Of a DNA stretch of 64,000 nucleotides, positions 61,712 through 64,000 are shown one piece after another. The notes beneath the pieces were generated by a model. It was not told the DNA's origin. It saw only the letters and a program-made list of their open reading frames with translations, and made no database searches. The stretch is from NCBI GenBank assembly GCA_001179505.1, contig CDMY01000802.1:197553-261552 (forward strand), given 5' to 3'. This DNA comes from Vitrella brassicaformis CCMP3155 (lineage: Eukaryota; Protista; Chromerida). The stretch's first letter is position 1. Each line of letters opens with the position of its first letter. The position numbers and the translations under genes are program-made.

Positions 61712-62775
61712 ATCGCATCCGGGGCTATAGCTGTTGATGGGTGTCTGTCGTCTGTGTACCATAGGTAGCTGTTGATTTGATTGGTCGTGTCTTTCTCTTC
61801 TCTGCCTTGGGTCGTCTGGCGGTTATCGAGTGTCTTGTTGACCACTCCCATGTATAGCCAGTGAGATTGTGCCGTCCTTTATGCGACATAGTACCATTTC
61901 TTCCACAGGACAAGACGCTGTCCCGTAACCAAGTGTCATCAGCAATGCTCAACACCACACCACACCAAACCACACCACATTGTGCCAACACAGAGAGAGA
62001 CGTCCCCGCACAGAGCGACCGAAAAACGTCTGTGTGGCTGTCTGGCTGCCCTTCGTTGTGGCCGCGCTGTCTGTGTACCATAGTTTTTGATTGGTTGTGG
62101 GTCCTTCCTCCCTAGCCATACATTCGGCAGGAGGAGGGAGAACGGTCGACAGGAGGGAGCCTAGGTCGGGGAAACTGATGCCTGTTGTGTGTAGCTGCCT
62201 GGCGTGTGATGCGCTTAATTCGCTGGATGGTTTGAAACAGCAAAGGAAATGGTCCATCCATCCATCCGTCCATCCATCCATCCACCGGTATGTGTGTGAA
62301 TGCAACGCTGCAGCCGGGCCATGGACATAGGCATGCGCGGCCAACACCACGCATGCCCATGTCCATGTCCATGAGGCAGGCAGTCCATCCACCAGCACAC
62401 ACATCACATGCACACATACGTCACGGATTCACAGACAGCCAGCCGATGGGATCACCCATATAAATCACACATGCACACATTGCAAAATGACCACTAAAGC
62501 TCTGTGTGTGTGTTCCCATGTGATGTGTGTGTCCCGCCAGCCCGTGAGAAGAGATAGACGGTGTAGCTGGCTGGTCAGCTATCTAATGCTGTCCTGTCAG
62601 CCAGCAGAAGTGTCCCCCTCCCTCTCTGCCATCTCCCCCCGTGCTGTGTCTGCCTGTCGACGAACGTATGTTGGTTAGTGCCCGTGTGTAGATCAGATGT
62701 TCTGGTGGCCCATGCTTCTGTGAAAGCTAGTCGTCCTACCCCTGGCCGTGTGCCGGCTCGTGTGTGTGAAAGTGA

Positions 62776-63506
62776 TCAATGGCAACGACACCCGCCACCC
62801 GCACAGCAAGGCTTGCACTTGCCGCCGAAGCACTTGCACTTTGTGCCGTCGCTGAGGTTACAAGGGGTCCCATCGGCCTTCCCGCCGCAGGCGGCTGTAT
62901 TGTTGATACAGTCTGCATGCAGCCGCACACACACGATAATGATCAAATGTCATTGAATGAACCAACGAACGCATTGTGTGTGCGTCAGTTACTTCCAGTG
63001 GTGGCAGTGTCGGCGGCCTCGATGGCTTTCATGGCCGCGGCCATGCGCTCCTGGGCGGCGGTGTTGAGCTCCTGGGCGGCGGTGTTGAGTTTGTGGGCGG
63101 CGCTGATGGCCTCGACGGCATTGTCCAGCTGCAGCTGCACCAACGACATCTGCTGGGCCTTCAACGCCGACAACTCAGTGGACGCACCGCCTGTGGTGAT
63201 AATGTGGATACACACAGACAGATCCGATTCAATGTCATCACGTGGATGGATGGATGGACGTGCGGGGGCCACCTACCGAGCTCTCCTTGCCCAACCGACA
63301 CTTCTGCAGCCACAGATCAGCCACACCCAGCCAAAAGCACACAAGATGGGCAGATCTGCCATGGCGCATGGTCGGTCCGGTGCGTGTGTGTCCCCCCTCT
63401 GCTTGCCTCCGTAATCGGTGCGCTTGGCCGCCATGAGAGGCTGCACAATGGCCAGCCAGACCACCAGGATGAGACCAATGAGGCCGAAACGCTGGGTTAC
63501 CATCAT
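62776..63506 (-). CDS. Small secreted precursor: signal peptide, Ala/Gln-rich helical region, 10-Cys C-terminal domain
   Basis: Four exons splice to MMVTQRFGLIGLILVVWLAIVQPLMAAKRTDYG-EVSVGQGEL-GGASTELSALKAQQ...ADTATTG-NCINNTAACGGKADGTPCNLSDGTKCKCFGGKCKPCCAGGGCRCH*. Confidence 0.7.
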
Positions 63507-63887
63507 GGCCAACGGCTCAGCAAACGTCGCTGACGATGTGCTCACTCGGCGGGTAAGAGATCTCTTTAAACTCACGAAAAGCTGTTTGGAAGCAAAAAAG
63601 TTGGTGGTGGTTAAGGGTAAGAGTTGCTTAACCTCCCGTCCCTGGCCGTAAATTATCGCGCCTCGAGCCTCACCCACACCCTGTCCAAAATACCAGCGGC
63701 CTTTGCGGTGGAGGAGTTTCGCTCGCAACATCTGCGAGCTTAGCCGAGGCATCTGAAGAGCTTGCTAGGCTGATTTGGCAGGTGAAGAGCCTCTCCCGCT
63801 CAGATCTGCCTGTGACTGACGAGGCCGACGAGAGGAGACCGAGAGCCAAACAGACAGGCAAGGCGATGAATGAATGAATGATTACAG

Positions 63888-64000
63888 CTTCAACAAGCTC
63901 ATGCTCGAGGGCAAGGTCCGGGCGGCCGTCCGCTTCGTCACCGAGAGGGGCGGCGGGGGGGTCCTCCACCCATCTGCTCAGGCCGAGGAGCGCCCCCCGG
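63888..64000 (+). mobile_element. 5'-truncated non-LTR retrotransposon fragment (CRE/SLACS-like), continuing beyond the window
   Basis: Reads FNKLMLEGKVRAAVRFVTERGGGGVLHP, resembling the conserved block upstream of the RT in CRE-like elements. Composition shifts abruptly to GC-rich coding sequence. Only 113 bp is visible. Confidence 0.6.

Overview
Intron-rich eukaryotic nuclear DNA. The short introns are full of (CA)n, (GACA)n and (CATC)n tracts, and there are expanded TLDc and F-box-like families plus PAN/apple proteins. This fits a chromerid alveolate, most likely Vitrella brassicaformis or a close relative (inference). Most ORF-track entries are intron read-throughs or antisense shadows, so I rebuilt genes by eye from splice sites and family motifs. 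Recognisable genes: a divergent kinesin, a secreted S1/V8-like serine protease, a decayed tandem array of protein kinases, an iron-containing alcohol dehydrogenase, an atypical secreted kinase, AAR2, a Patched/NPC1-like sterol-sensing protein spliced in frame to a C-terminal START domain, three TLDc loci, two PAN/apple plus XK-like multipass proteins and a small secreted Cys-rich precursor. The main discovery is a 7.8-kb element at 37232-45020 with the A1-internal-B1-A2-B2 split direct repeats of tyrosine-recombinase retrotransposons (Ngaro/PAT/TOC1 type). Its repeats look identical and it has no target-site duplication. It shows no recognisable RT or recombinase, but holds about 3.5 kb of tandem repeats and an intact four-intron gene lying antisense to the element. 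A 5'-truncated CRE-like non-LTR element starts at the window end, right after a 47-nt motif that also occurs unoccupied at 45193. No rRNA, tRNA or CRISPR array was found. All family assignments come from motif recognition, not database searches.
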